From an uncultured Candidatus Saccharibacteria bacterium (GTDB lineage Bacteria > Patescibacteriota > Minisyncoccia > Phycocordibacterales > UBA12445), in the NCBI GenBank assembly GCA_964531375.1, contig CAZHDO010000001.1, positions 196,861 to 260,860 on the forward strand: a stretch of 64,000 nucleotides of DNA, given 5' to 3'. A model generated the notes under the pieces. That model made no database searches. It was not told the origin of the DNA and saw only the letters and a program-made list of their open reading frames with translations. The position numbers and the translations under genes were made by a program. Position 1 is the first letter of the stretch. Each line of letters opens with the position of its first letter. This document shows positions 37,969 through 48,208 of the stretch, one piece after another.

Positions 37969-37996
37969 GTGTCGCACAATATATCTTTTGCGACAC
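37969..37996. other. Candidate dif-like (Xer-type) recombination site
   Basis: GTGTCGCACAA-TATATC-TTTTGCGACAC: 11-6-11 geometry with 10/11 inverted arms; intergenic, at the point where gene orientation converges. Confidence 0.5.
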
Positions 37997-38283
37997 AGAT
38001 ACACTAAAAATATGGCTATATTATGATTACGGCACCACCCTACCTAATTCTTAATTTTTATGATGTTCAAGAAAAAGAATAATTTATTTTAGTTTATAAC
38101 ATTCATAAAAATTTTTAATCACAAATACATCTCAATAATAATAAAAAAACTACCCCATTGTTAAGGTGTCCTTTTTTTTGATATTTTTTTATTTTTACTT
38201 TTTATTAAAAATTTTTTGTAATTTTTGAATTTTGCAAATATTTAGAGTTTTGCCAATATATAAAGATGACCCATAGTTCATCT

Positions 38284-38532
38284 TTAAATATTAACTCTTC
38301 TTATAAACGATTTTAGGAGCTCGAAAATTGAGCTTGTGATGTTTGGCACATAGCTATCGTAAATATTTCCAAAATATGCTTTTGAGTTTAAAAAATTGTT
38401 TTTAACAATATCTGAATCGAGGATTTTTTTAATATCTTTGCCAAAGTAACCTATAAATATTAAAACAACAATAAATAGTAAAATATTTTTTATAAAACCT
38501 TTTTGGGGATTATTTTTTGGCAATTGTTTCAC
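38284..38532 (-). CDS. Small membrane protein with a prepilin-like N-terminus
   Basis: GTG start, QKG-F then ~17 hydrophobic residues. Confidence 0.6.
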   Translation of the reverse strand: MKQLPKNNPQKGFIKNILLFIVVLIFIGYFGKDIKKILDSDIVKNNFLNSKAYFGNIYDSYVPNITSSIFELLKSFIRRVNI

Positions 38533-38551
38533 GTAAATTTAATTTAAAAAA

Positions 38552-39874
38552 TTAATCAATCTTTAAATTACTTCCAGTTGCTGGTAAATATACTTGTGGG
38601 TCAAGATACGCATTTAATGGTGCCAGTGGAAGTCTTAAATATGTACCACATGTTTTACTCTTATATTCAGTTGGTCCTGCTATTCTGACTGCATTTCCCA
38701 CAAACACTGTAAAATGAAGATGTGGGGCTTCTGAGTACCCTGTATTTCCGCTGTAGCCTATTATATCGCCAGTGTGAATTTCTTGACCGGCCTTAGCCTT
38801 TATTAATTCCAAGTGACCATATAGTGTTGCTAGTCCGTTTTTGTGCTTAATTAAGACCCATCTGCCATATGAGGCATCTTTGCATGATATGTCTGTATCT
38901 CCAGTGCCCATAACAAACCCATCTGCGGTCGCTCTTAGGGGTGTTCCTTGTCTGGCTCTAAAATCAACACCATTATGCGTGCCTGATGCATAAAGTCTTC
39001 TTGAGTCTGCTGTTTTTCCAAATTTTTGGGTTATAAATGGCACATCAACAGGCCAAGAAAGTACTCTACTACCGGCTCTTGGAAAGCTGTTCGGGTCAAT
39101 CGCAACCTTAAGCTCGGCTTCATAATCAAACATTTCTCTGTCCATGCTTTCCATCTTTTTCTTTCTGTCGGCAAGTATTTTTTTATAGTTAGCTTCCTGG
39201 TTTTTTGTCTGGACAAGAAGATTGTTTTTGTACTTTTTATTTTGACTGGCAATATTTTTTTGGTCTAAAAGTTGCGAGTGTAGTTCGTCTAGGTTTTTTT
39301 TCTGAATATCAATTTCTTTCTTGTTAATTTGAAGTGTTGTTTTTTTATTTTCTAATCCTCTTATTCTTACATTGACATTTTCTTGAAGTTGTTCGAGCGA
39401 ATCTATTTCACTCCATGCTTCAGAAAATTTTGTACTAGATAGGATTGTCTCAATTGAATTTTTGTTCCCGCTTTCGTTTATAATTCTTAGCATCTCAGAG
39501 ACTGATTTTTTATCAGCTGAAATATCATTCTCTTTTTGATTTATGTCAATTATTAAGCTTTGAATGCTCAATTCAGCAGATTTTATCTTGTTTTCAGTAA
39601 TTTTTACTTGATTGTCTAGTTGCGCCATCGTATTAACGAGTATAGAAAGCTCGTTTTTAAGAGACTTAGCTTGACCTTGAGTTTGAAGGATCGATTTGTC
39701 GAGGGCTTCAATTTCTTTTTGTATCTTATCTCGCTCCTCGTTAATATTTTTTATTTGATTTTTAAGCTCGTCGATGGTTGCGCTTTTTGCTCTAAAAATA
39801 CTTACATTAAAAAAACATAATGTAATAAAAAAAATAATGAAAAATTTATTTATTTTTTTATAATTTATTGGCAT
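38552..39874 (-). CDS. Coiled-coil M23 family murein endopeptidase (EnvC/PcsB-like architecture)
   Basis: Signal peptide, long coiled coil, HNGVD, YGHL, GYSGNTG..PHLHF. Confidence 0.9.
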   Translation of the reverse strand: MPINYKKINKFFIIFFITLCFFNVSIFRAKSATIDELKNQIKNINEERDKIQKEIEALDKSILQTQGQAKSLKNELSILVNTMAQLDNQVKITENKIKSAELSIQSLIIDINQKENDISADKKSVSEMLRIINESGNKNSIETILSSTKFSEAWSEIDSLEQLQENVNVRIRGLENKKTTLQINKKEIDIQKKNLDELHSQLLDQKNIASQNKKYKNNLLVQTKNQEANYKKILADRKKKMESMDREMFDYEAELKVAIDPNSFPRAGSRVLSWPVDVPFITQKFGKTADSRRLYASGTHNGVDFRARQGTPLRATADGFVMGTGDTDISCKDASYGRWVLIKHKNGLATLYGHLELIKAKAGQEIHTGDIIGYSGNTGYSEAPHLHFTVFVGNAVRIAGPTEYKSKTCGTYLRLPLAPLNAYLDPQVYLPATGSNLKID

Positions 39875-41162
39875 AAGACAGACGTTTTAAAGTCTCATCT
39901 TTTCCAAGAATTTCAGCCAAAGTGAATGGATCTGGTGATTTTTCTTTTCCTGAAAGCGCTACTCTCATTGGCCACAGTACTTCCCCTCTCCCCGCCTCTG
40001 TGGCAAAGTCCCAAAGTGAGCTTTTTATTTTTTCATAGAAAAATTCTGAAGAATCAATGTTTTTTAGTAGTTTGATTACCTTGGATAAGTGAATCGTATT
40101 TTTTAGTAAACCGTTTTCGTATTTTGGATCTTCAAAAAAATAATCAAACTCCCCTGAGCTAAATATACCAGTTACATCTGATAGCTTCTCTACCCTGTCT
40201 GAAATTAATCCTAATAATTTTGGATATATTTTTATAAAATTTGAATGGGATTTTTTTTCTGTGGGAATATGTTCCAAAAATATTTCCGATATTTTTTCTT
40301 TAGGAATTTTTTTAATATATTCCCTGTTCATCCAATTTAGTTTTTTAACATCGAAAACCCCACTTGATTTTTGAACCTTATCAAGAGAAAATTCTTTTAT
40401 TAATTCGTCTAGTGTAAAAAATTCTCTGTCATCGCCAGGATTCCAGCCAATAAGTGCTAGGAAGTTTATGAGTGTTTCTGGAAGGTATCCATCGTCTCTG
40501 TATTGAGTTACAGAAACAGCACCATGTCTTTTTGATAATTTGGTCTTGTCTGGGGCCAGGATGAGTGGAATATGTGCATATTTGGGTCTAGGAGCCCCTA
40601 TTGCTTCCTGAATGAGTATTTGTCTGGGTGTGTTCGCAATATGCTCCTGCCCTCTGATTACATGGTTTACTGACATTTCAAAATCGTCAACAACAACCGC
40701 TAAGTGATATAGGGGTGTATCCATATCTTTGGCAATAACAAAATCCCCAAGGTCTGTTGTGTCAACTTCTATGTCTCCAAGTATTAAATCCTTAAAAATA
40801 ATTTTTTTATTTGGATTTTTGAATCTTATAACTTCTGTCCTATCGCCTTCTTCTTTTGGAATTTCTTTAGACAAATATGCATTTCCGTTTTTTACTAATT
40901 TATCTAGGTATTTTTTATAAATTTCAGTTCTTTCTGATTGTCTTATTATGGGAGGAATTTTTATTCCAACCCACGCTAAAGAATCCAAAATATTTTGTTC
41001 ATATTCTTTTTTTGATCTTTCTTTGTCTGTGTCCTCAATTCTAAAAAGCATTTCTCCTCCATTGTTTTTGGCAAAAAGATAATTAAATAGTGCAGTTCTA
41101 AGTCCTCCTACATGAAGATTACCTGTTGGCGATGGTGGAAATCTTGTGATAACTTTTTCCAT
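39858..41162 (-). CDS. gltX: Glutamyl-tRNA synthetase
   Basis: RFPPSPTGNLHVGG, RIEDTD, HVIRG, KLSKRHG. Confidence 0.96.
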   Translation of the reverse strand: MEKVITRFPPSPTGNLHVGGLRTALFNYLFAKNNGGEMLFRIEDTDKERSKKEYEQNILDSLAWVGIKIPPIIRQSERTEIYKKYLDKLVKNGNAYLSKEIPKEEGDRTEVIRFKNPNKKIIFKDLILGDIEVDTTDLGDFVIAKDMDTPLYHLAVVVDDFEMSVNHVIRGQEHIANTPRQILIQEAIGAPRPKYAHIPLILAPDKTKLSKRHGAVSVTQYRDDGYLPETLINFLALIGWNPGDDREFFTLDELIKEFSLDKVQKSSGVFDVKKLNWMNREYIKKIPKEKISEIFLEHIPTEKKSHSNFIKIYPKLLGLISDRVEKLSDVTGIFSSGEFDYFFEDPKYENGLLKNTIHLSKVIKLLKNIDSSEFFYEKIKSSLWDFATEAGRGEVLWPMRVALSGKEKSPDPFTLAEILGKDETLKRLSYANKL

Positions 41163-41163
41163 T

Positions 41164-42300
41164 TTAATTTTCGTGTTCTAGGCTTATTTTAATAATTTCT
41201 GTGGCTATTTTATCAGCGGCATCTTTCGAAGAAAATTTTAAAGCTCCCTTTTTCATTTCTTCTTGTATGTTTGGGTTATTTATAATTCTATTTAATTCCG
41301 AAATTAGTATTGTTGAGTTTAGATTCCTTTCTTCTAGAACGGTGGCTCCGCTGACCCTAGCATAAGCAAATGCATTTTTTCTTTGGTCGCGACTAATTTC
41401 TTCTGGTATTGGTATTATTATACTAGGAAGACCCCAGCATGCAATTTCAAATATTGTGGATCCGGCCCTAGATATTACCACAGAAGAACACCCGGCGGCC
41501 ATTTTAAGGGCTGATTCGTTTAGGTGTGCGATTGGTTTGTATCTATTTTTAAATTCATTTTTTTCAAGAACGAACGATGCTCTGCCAGAGATGTCATTAA
41601 AATTATCTTTGCCGGTGTGGTGGATTATTTGATAATTTTTAGTTAATTCTTCTAGTGAGTCCACAATGACATTATTTATGTTCATTGCTCCCTGAGAACC
41701 ACCTGTTATGAAAATTATAGGCAATTTTTTATCCAATCCAAAATATTCATGCGATCCTTTTGTTATGGGGGTCAGTAATTCTTTCCTGATAGGATTTCCG
41801 GTTACAGCTGTTTTATTTTCTGGAAAATAGTTTAAGGCTTCTGGATATGAAACCGCAATTCTTTTTACAACTCCCCATTTGCTGACAATTAAATTAACTC
41901 TTCCAGGTATTGAATCTGATTCATGTAAGAAAATTGGAATTCTTAGTATTCTTGCAGCGCAAAGGCCCGGAAAACTAGCATACCCTCCTTTTCCAAAAAC
42001 AACATCGGGATATATCCAAAAAAGTTTCCAGGTCGCTGTAATTATCCCCCAAAAAGTTTTGAATGGATCAATAAAATAATTTCTAAATGAAAAATATTTT
42101 CTTAGTTTTCCTGCCAATGCTTTTTTAAAAGTAATTTTGTTTTCAAAAAGAAGTCTTTCGTCATAAGGAGAGTCAGACATGAAATATAACTCAACTCCAA
42201 CAAGTTTTTCCTGTTCTGTTATTTTGTTTATGGATTCTGCAACCGCAATGATTGGGTAAAAATGACCCCCAGTCCCCCCTCCACTAAATAAGATTTTCAT
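41164..42300 (-). CDS. murG: MurG glycosyltransferase
   Basis: GGGTGGHFYP, GKGGY, TGNPIR, GGSQGA, SRAGS. Confidence 0.96.
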   Translation of the reverse strand: MKILFSGGGTGGHFYPIIAVAESINKITEQEKLVGVELYFMSDSPYDERLLFENKITFKKALAGKLRKYFSFRNYFIDPFKTFWGIITATWKLFWIYPDVVFGKGGYASFPGLCAARILRIPIFLHESDSIPGRVNLIVSKWGVVKRIAVSYPEALNYFPENKTAVTGNPIRKELLTPITKGSHEYFGLDKKLPIIFITGGSQGAMNINNVIVDSLEELTKNYQIIHHTGKDNFNDISGRASFVLEKNEFKNRYKPIAHLNESALKMAAGCSSVVISRAGSTIFEIACWGLPSIIIPIPEEISRDQRKNAFAYARVSGATVLEERNLNSTILISELNRIINNPNIQEEMKKGALKFSSKDAADKIATEIIKISLEHEN

Positions 42301-42339
42301 AAGGAATATTATAGATAATTTTTATGATAAAGTCATTAT

Positions 42340-43467
42340 TTAAGCACTAATTCTTTGAGTCTCGGTGTTTTGATGTTTTATGTGCTTTGATATGTTTAAG
42401 ATAATACCCATCTCAAAAAGCGTTATAAACAAAGCCGTTCCTCCGTGACTTAAGAATATAAGAGGAACTCCTGTTAGTGGAACTATACCAAGCATTGCAC
42501 CCATGTTTATAAAAGACTGCCAAATAACAAGCGTCATTAAGCCAACTGTGGTTAACCTCCCATAATTTTCATGTGTTTGGTTTGCAATTCTTAGTCCACG
42601 TAGCCCAAAAAATAAAAATAATATTACAATCGCAGAACTACCTATAAAACCAAATTCTTCTCCGGCAACAGCAAAAATAGCATCACTTGTTGCTTCTGGT
42701 AAGAAAGTAAATTTCTGAATACTTTGTCCAAAACCTCTTCCTGTTAGCTTACCGGAGCCTATCGCAATTAGCGACTGCCTTAGTTGATAACCAGCCCCCT
42801 GTGGATCACGTGATGGATCTAGAAAGGTTTTTATTCTTTCCATTGCGTATGGTTTTATATAAATAACAACGACCACCATTAATACAACTAAGCCAATTAA
42901 GGCAATAAAATGTCTCCATCTTCCACCCGCTACAATAAACATAGCTAGGCCCGCAGCAATAATACTGAGCAGTGTTCCTGTGTCGTGTTGTTGGAGAATA
43001 ATAATAACAGGTAAAAGTAAAATTAAAATTGAAGGAAGTAGTCCGTATTTAAAAGTTTTTATTCTGTCTTTGGTGTAGGCTAAAAAAGAAGCATAAAAAA
43101 GAACAAAACCCAGTTTGATAATTTCCGATGGCTGGAAGTTTACGGGTCCAAGGATAATCCATCTTTTGGCTCCGCCAGCTTCTAGTCCCACACCAGGAAT
43201 AAATACACAAAGAGCCAGTATTAATGAACCAATATATATGTATTTAGAAGCAGAGTTCCAGTTCTTGTAATCAATCCGTGACGAAGTGTATAAAAATATC
43301 CAACCTAAAACTAAGCCTTGCATGACCTGCTTTATAATGGTCATTTTAAATTGATTTACGTTTTCTGTAAGTAGGCCCATTGAAGCAGAGGTAAAAATAA
43401 AAATTCCCAATACAGAAAGTATTATAAGTAAGGTTAAAAAAATTTTATCAACCCCAAGTTGTTTCAT
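42340..43467 (-). CDS. ftsW: FtsW/RodA (SEDS) peptidoglycan polymerase
   Basis: GAKRWI, FQPSEIIK, GRGFGQS, LPEATSD, PLTGVPL; lies between mraY and murG. Confidence 0.92.
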   Translation of the reverse strand: MKQLGVDKIFLTLLIILSVLGIFIFTSASMGLLTENVNQFKMTIIKQVMQGLVLGWIFLYTSSRIDYKNWNSASKYIYIGSLILALCVFIPGVGLEAGGAKRWIILGPVNFQPSEIIKLGFVLFYASFLAYTKDRIKTFKYGLLPSILILLLPVIIILQQHDTGTLLSIIAAGLAMFIVAGGRWRHFIALIGLVVLMVVVVIYIKPYAMERIKTFLDPSRDPQGAGYQLRQSLIAIGSGKLTGRGFGQSIQKFTFLPEATSDAIFAVAGEEFGFIGSSAIVILFLFFGLRGLRIANQTHENYGRLTTVGLMTLVIWQSFINMGAMLGIVPLTGVPLIFLSHGGTALFITLFEMGIILNISKHIKHQNTETQRISA

Positions 43468-43487
43468 TTATTATATTTAGTAAAAGA

Positions 43488-44555
43488 TTATATTTGATTT
43501 GTTATTCCAACAACAGAAATAATCATTCCAATTACAGCAAACACAATACCAATAATCCAGTAGCGCATTGTAACTTTATAAGATGGCCAACCAAGGGCTT
43601 CAAAATGATGGTGAAGCGGGGCCACAAGAAAGACTTTTTTGCCACGTATTTTTTTGGATAAAAATTGAATTATAACCGAGGCGGTTGTCGCAATTAATGG
43701 AAAGGCTATTATTGGTAAAACAGCAACAGAGTTTGTAAGAAAGGCAACAATTGAAAGTGTTACTGTAAGGCCAAGCATGCCTGTTTCTGACATATAAAAT
43801 CTTGCTGGTGGAATATTAAACCACAAAAAAGCCAAAATACCACCAATAATAGCAGCGCAAAAAGTTGCTAAGTCTATTTGGTTTTGGAAAAAAGCAATTA
43901 CCCCATAGGCAGAAAATATAATAGACATAATTCCTCCAGCAAGTCCATCAATTCCGTCGATAACCCCGCCTGAAAAAAGCGCTAGAGTTACTAATATAAA
44001 AAATGGAATAAATAAAAAACCAAGTTCGATTGGACCTGCGAATGGTATTGCTACCGTTGACATACCTAATTTAAAATAAAACCAATATGCACCAATTGCT
44101 CCAATTCCAATGACAAATAAAATTCTTTTTGATAGTGCAAGGCCCCCTGCCACATAACCACCTCCCCCTTTAACTTGAAGTAGGTCATCTACTAATCCAA
44201 TAAGCGAAGAGGAAACAAGGGCAAATAAAGGGAGCCATGTTTGGTTTTTACTTAGAAAATTTAATTTTTGAGTTGCAAAAGACGGAAAAATATCAGACAA
44301 GAGCGATAATATTAAAATTGTAATAAGTGTACTTGCCCAAATTATAATTCCACCCATTCTTGGTGTTCCAACCTCTTTCTCTTTGTGAAGTTGGTTAAAA
44401 ATCGGAGTTTCTCCCCCGCCAAGCGCCTCGTTCCTTGCTTTCTTTTTCCACATTTTATTTGCGTAAAGATAGTTGGAAAGAAAAGGGGCAATAAAAATTC
44501 CCACGATAAAAGTGAGAGAGAATGAAATAAAAACTTTTACAACACTATTTATCAT
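43488..44555 (-). CDS. mraY: Phospho-MurNAc-pentapeptide transferase
   Basis: GTPRMGG, GLVDD, DGIDGLA, WFNIPPA, APLHHHFE. Confidence 0.96.
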   Translation of the reverse strand: MINSVVKVFISFSLTFIVGIFIAPFLSNYLYANKMWKKKARNEALGGGETPIFNQLHKEKEVGTPRMGGIIIWASTLITILILSLLSDIFPSFATQKLNFLSKNQTWLPLFALVSSSLIGLVDDLLQVKGGGGYVAGGLALSKRILFVIGIGAIGAYWFYFKLGMSTVAIPFAGPIELGFLFIPFFILVTLALFSGGVIDGIDGLAGGIMSIIFSAYGVIAFFQNQIDLATFCAAIIGGILAFLWFNIPPARFYMSETGMLGLTVTLSIVAFLTNSVAVLPIIAFPLIATTASVIIQFLSKKIRGKKVFLVAPLHHHFEALGWPSYKVTMRYWIIGIVFAVIGMIISVVGITNQI

Positions 44556-44573
44556 CTTTTTATTTTAACATAA

Positions 44574-45476
44574 TTAATTCGATAATGATTCTACTGTTGC
44601 TTTTGCAAGTGTTTCGACATCTGTAAATCTATCTTCTGGGGTTGACCCTAGTACAGATATTATAATTGGGTGAGATATTCCAGCGTCAAAGGCAATAACT
44701 AAGTTTCCACCCGCAAGGTCAGTCGTTCCTGTTTTAGAAGCCATTATTGTCGTCATTTTTGAAACATCAATATTTGTATTTTTGGATGCCTTTACCTCTC
44801 CATCCTCCGATGTTATTTTAATTTCTGGGTATTTTGTGGCTTCAAAAACATTAGGATATTTTTTTATTGCATATGCAAACATTTTTGAAGTATCTTCTGC
44901 TGAGCCATAAGCTCCAGCTAAGTGTTCGTTTTGATCAAGTCCAGTTTCATTTAAAAAGAACATGGTTTGTAGCCCCAATTCCTTTGCAATATTATTCATT
45001 TCCCCAACAAAATTAACATTATTTTGGGAATCATTTTTTGCATCCTCTATCTTCGACATGGCCTCAGCGATGTTGGCAATACCACTATTTGAAGAAGAGA
45101 CTAACGCAAATTTCATAAGATCAATAAGATCCCACCACTTTCCAGCAAATTTTACACTTTTATTGTTATCTAGACCTTCTGCAATTCTAAGGGCTGAAAT
45201 ACCACTCATTACTTTTGTAATGGATGCCAAAGGAAGTTGAGAAGACCCATTTTTCGTATAAATAAACTTTCCGCTGGTTGTGTCGTATATAGCCACTGCG
45301 CTTGCTTTTATTTTAATTTTATCGAAAGTCGATTCTTTTTCTGGTATAGATACCGCAATAGTTTGATTAGATTTATTCTTAAAAAAATACAACATTGGTA
45401 ATGCCGAAGAAGTGGTCAAAAAACCAAGGACACATAAAAAACCTATTAATTTTTTTGGATCTTTAAAGTAGCTCAT
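44574..45476 (-). CDS. D-alanyl-D-alanine carboxypeptidase (peptidase S11)
   Basis: SxxK (ASITK), SxN (SSN), KTG; start set at ATG 45476. Confidence 0.88.
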   Translation of the reverse strand: MSYFKDPKKLIGFLCVLGFLTTSSALPMLYFFKNKSNQTIAVSIPEKESTFDKIKIKASAVAIYDTTSGKFIYTKNGSSQLPLASITKVMSGISALRIAEGLDNNKSVKFAGKWWDLIDLMKFALVSSSNSGIANIAEAMSKIEDAKNDSQNNVNFVGEMNNIAKELGLQTMFFLNETGLDQNEHLAGAYGSAEDTSKMFAYAIKKYPNVFEATKYPEIKITSEDGEVKASKNTNIDVSKMTTIMASKTGTTDLAGGNLVIAFDAGISHPIIISVLGSTPEDRFTDVETLAKATVESLSN

Positions 45477-46047
45477 TTTTTTCTCCCCCTGTTGGAGTTT
45501 CCTCACCTAGTTGCGATTCGTCTTCTGGTGACAGTGTCGCATTAAGTTTGTTTATTACTGTAACATATTCTGGCAAATCTTCAATTCTTTTTATTCCCAA
45601 ATATTGAAGTAGGTTAATGGTTGGTTTGTATAGAAAAGCCCTTTGGTCGTTTGGGTCGATAATTTTTTCGACAAGACCCCTTATGAGTAAATTTCTTAGT
45701 ATAAAACTGGAGTTTACTCCCCTTATATTATCAACGTTGTTGCGACTTATTGGCCCCTTGTATGCGACAATCGTAAGTGTTTCAATACCAGCCTTGCCCA
45801 AGTCCCTGTCTAATTCCTCTTGCGTAAGTTTTTTAATTATTTCACTGGAGTCAGGAGACGTTCCTAAAGATACACTTTCTTCGTTCTCAATAAGAACAAT
45901 ACCCCTTTCTATTAATTTACCTTTTAGGATCAATAAAGAATTTTTTATGGCTTCCGTATCTGTGTTTAATATCTTTGCTAGTTCCTTTTTTGTAACAGGC
46001 TCTCCTTTAAAATATAGTATTGATTCTATTAATACATCTTTTTTCAT
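45463..46047 (-). CDS. scpB: SMC-Scp complex subunit ScpB
   Basis: IESILY, ETLTIVAYKGPISR, IRGVNS, adjacent to scpA. Confidence 0.94.
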   Translation of the reverse strand: MKKDVLIESILYFKGEPVTKKELAKILNTDTEAIKNSLLILKGKLIERGIVLIENEESVSLGTSPDSSEIIKKLTQEELDRDLGKAGIETLTIVAYKGPISRNNVDNIRGVNSSFILRNLLIRGLVEKIIDPNDQRAFLYKPTINLLQYLGIKRIEDLPEYVTVINKLNATLSPEDESQLGEETPTGGEKNELL

Positions 46048-46078
46048 AATAATATTTAAATAATTTTATTTCATATAT

Positions 46079-46846
46079 TTAATTCTCTCCATATCGAGGT
46101 ACCCTTGCCTCTCCTTGCTCTAGACTTATTTCTGAAAAATGCTCATTTTGAGTTACTCGAATCATTCCCCTTTTTACGAGCTCCAGCATTGCTAAAAAAT
46201 TGACAACTACGTTTATTTTATCGTTTTTTATCTCATCTTGCGAATTTAAACCTTTTTTCTTTGCGAATTCACTAAAATTCATTTTTAAACCAGACTGAAT
46301 TCTTGTGCTCAGGTTTTCGATAGCCTCTTCTAGGCTAATAACTTTTTTTACTTTAATTTCTGGAAGTTTTTCTTTTGTGGGTACGTTGTTAATAACCTCC
46401 TTTATAGACGATAGTAAATTACTTAAATTAATTTCATGTGTTGGTAGAAATATTTGTTGATTTTTTTTCTTAAGACCACCAAAGAATATTATTTTTTTAC
46501 CGAGATTGTCTTTTATAAAAATACTTTTCTCTTTTATATCTTTATATGCCTTTAGTCTTGATTCAAGTTCTTCAACGCTTTCTTTTTCTTCTTGTGTCAG
46601 ACTCACTCCAGGTAAAAGTGATATTGATTTTATTAGTATTAAAGTAGAGGCTATTATTATAAAATCAGTACCTTCTGTGAGAGGAAATTCTTCAAATTTT
46701 TCTAAGTATTCAATATAAGCATCAGTGATTTCTGACAATGCGATATCATTTATACAGAGTTTTCTTTTTTCTATGAGTGAAAGTAAAATATCAAGAGGTC
46801 CTTCGAAATCACTTACTTTTATTTTAAAACCAACTTCTTGTTCCAT
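46079..46846 (-). CDS. scpA: Segregation/condensation protein ScpA
   Basis: FEGPLDILLSLI, C-terminal FLAMLELVK. Confidence 0.94.
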   Translation of the reverse strand: MEQEVGFKIKVSDFEGPLDILLSLIEKRKLCINDIALSEITDAYIEYLEKFEEFPLTEGTDFIIIASTLILIKSISLLPGVSLTQEEKESVEELESRLKAYKDIKEKSIFIKDNLGKKIIFFGGLKKKNQQIFLPTHEINLSNLLSSIKEVINNVPTKEKLPEIKVKKVISLEEAIENLSTRIQSGLKMNFSEFAKKKGLNSQDEIKNDKINVVVNFLAMLELVKRGMIRVTQNEHFSEISLEQGEARVPRYGEN

Positions 46847-46864
46847 TATTTAATTATACTCTTT

Positions 46865-48205
46865 TTATTCTGTTTTGTTAGCAGATAAAAGATTGTCTAT
46901 TCTGTTTAGGTCACGAGGAAACAAAGTTGCTTCTTTTACATTCTCTATTCCAAGTAGCTTTGAGGTCAATCTTTCTAGCCCAAGCCCAAATCCTCCGTGT
47001 GGTGGCATTCCGTATTTGAACGCCTGAAGGTAATAGCTAAATTTTTCAGGATCTAATCCTTTTTCGTTCATTGAGGAGATTAGAGAATCGTAATCATGAA
47101 TACGCTGGGCCCCTGTTGTTATTTCTACCCCCCTAAACAATAAATCAAACCCTTTTGTGTATGTAGGGTCTCTCTCATCTCTGTATGTATAGAATGGCCT
47201 TTTTGCTGTTGGGAAATTTGTAATAAAAATGAAATCAGAATTGTATTCCTTTTCCGCATATGAACATAACCATCTTTCGTGTTCTGGTTCGAGATCTGGC
47301 TCGTTGGTGCAATCCTTTCCCGTTTCTTTTGTTATTAACTGCTGTGCTTCACGCAGTGTCATTTTAGGAATATTCTCGGGAACATTTGGTATTGTTGCGT
47401 TTAGTAAATTAAAATATTCTACGCAGTTATTTTTTAGTTCAGTAGAAAGATATTGAAGAAACTTATTTTCAATATTCATAATATCGTAATGGTCTTTAAT
47501 GAATCCCATTTCAATATCCATGCTTGTGTATTCGTTGAGATGTCTTGTTGTGCTGTGTCTTTCTGCTCTGTAAACATTTCCAATGGTAAAAACCCTTTCA
47601 AGAACACCAACCATTATTTGCTTATAAAGCTGAGGGCTCTGTGCTAGATGTGCGATATGTGAAAAATATTTAACATCAAAAGAATTTGCGCCACCTTCTG
47701 CATCGTCGCCGATCAATTTAGGGGCCTGAAATTCGTAAAAACCTTGCTTAGAAAAGAAATCTCTAAAAGCCCTTGTTATGTGTGATTGAATTTTAAAGAT
47801 TGCTGTACTCTTTTCTTTTCTTAATGTAAGCGGGAGATTATCTAAATAAACATCCATATTTGTATCTGCCTCAACATCAAATGGAAGCTCTTTTGCTTTT
47901 CCGAGTATCGAGATACTTAGTACCTCAATTTCTATATCACCATTAAGGGTATCTTTCTTTACCATTTTTTCCGGACGCTTATTGACCATGCCTGTGACCT
48001 CAACCACCCATTCAGATCTTAATTCGCTAGCAGTAGCCACAGCCTCTTTGTGATTTGGTAAAGCAACCATCTGCACCTTTCCTGTGATATCTCTTAGGTC
48101 TATAAAAATCAATTTTCCCATATCTCGACGCACACTAACCGAGCCGGAAATAGTTACCTCTTTACCAACATGCTCACTTAATTTTTTTATTTGAATTCTT
48201 TCCAT
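46865..48205 (-). CDS. aspS: Aspartyl-tRNA synthetase, short non-discriminating/archaeal-like type
   Basis: OB fold, LAQSPQLYKQ, YRAE, FDLLFRGVEITTGAQR, GMPPHGGFGLGLER; 446 aa, no GAD insert. Confidence 0.9.
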   Translation of the reverse strand: MERIQIKKLSEHVGKEVTISGSVSVRRDMGKLIFIDLRDITGKVQMVALPNHKEAVATASELRSEWVVEVTGMVNKRPEKMVKKDTLNGDIEIEVLSISILGKAKELPFDVEADTNMDVYLDNLPLTLRKEKSTAIFKIQSHITRAFRDFFSKQGFYEFQAPKLIGDDAEGGANSFDVKYFSHIAHLAQSPQLYKQIMVGVLERVFTIGNVYRAERHSTTRHLNEYTSMDIEMGFIKDHYDIMNIENKFLQYLSTELKNNCVEYFNLLNATIPNVPENIPKMTLREAQQLITKETGKDCTNEPDLEPEHERWLCSYAEKEYNSDFIFITNFPTAKRPFYTYRDERDPTYTKGFDLLFRGVEITTGAQRIHDYDSLISSMNEKGLDPEKFSYYLQAFKYGMPPHGGFGLGLERLTSKLLGIENVKEATLFPRDLNRIDNLLSANKTE

Positions 48206-48208
48206 TTT

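Noticed and set aside
38525-38540. parS-like TGTTTCACGTAAATTT
   Set aside because: Only 12/16 to TGTTTCACGTGAAACA, right half not palindromic, and it overlaps a start codon.
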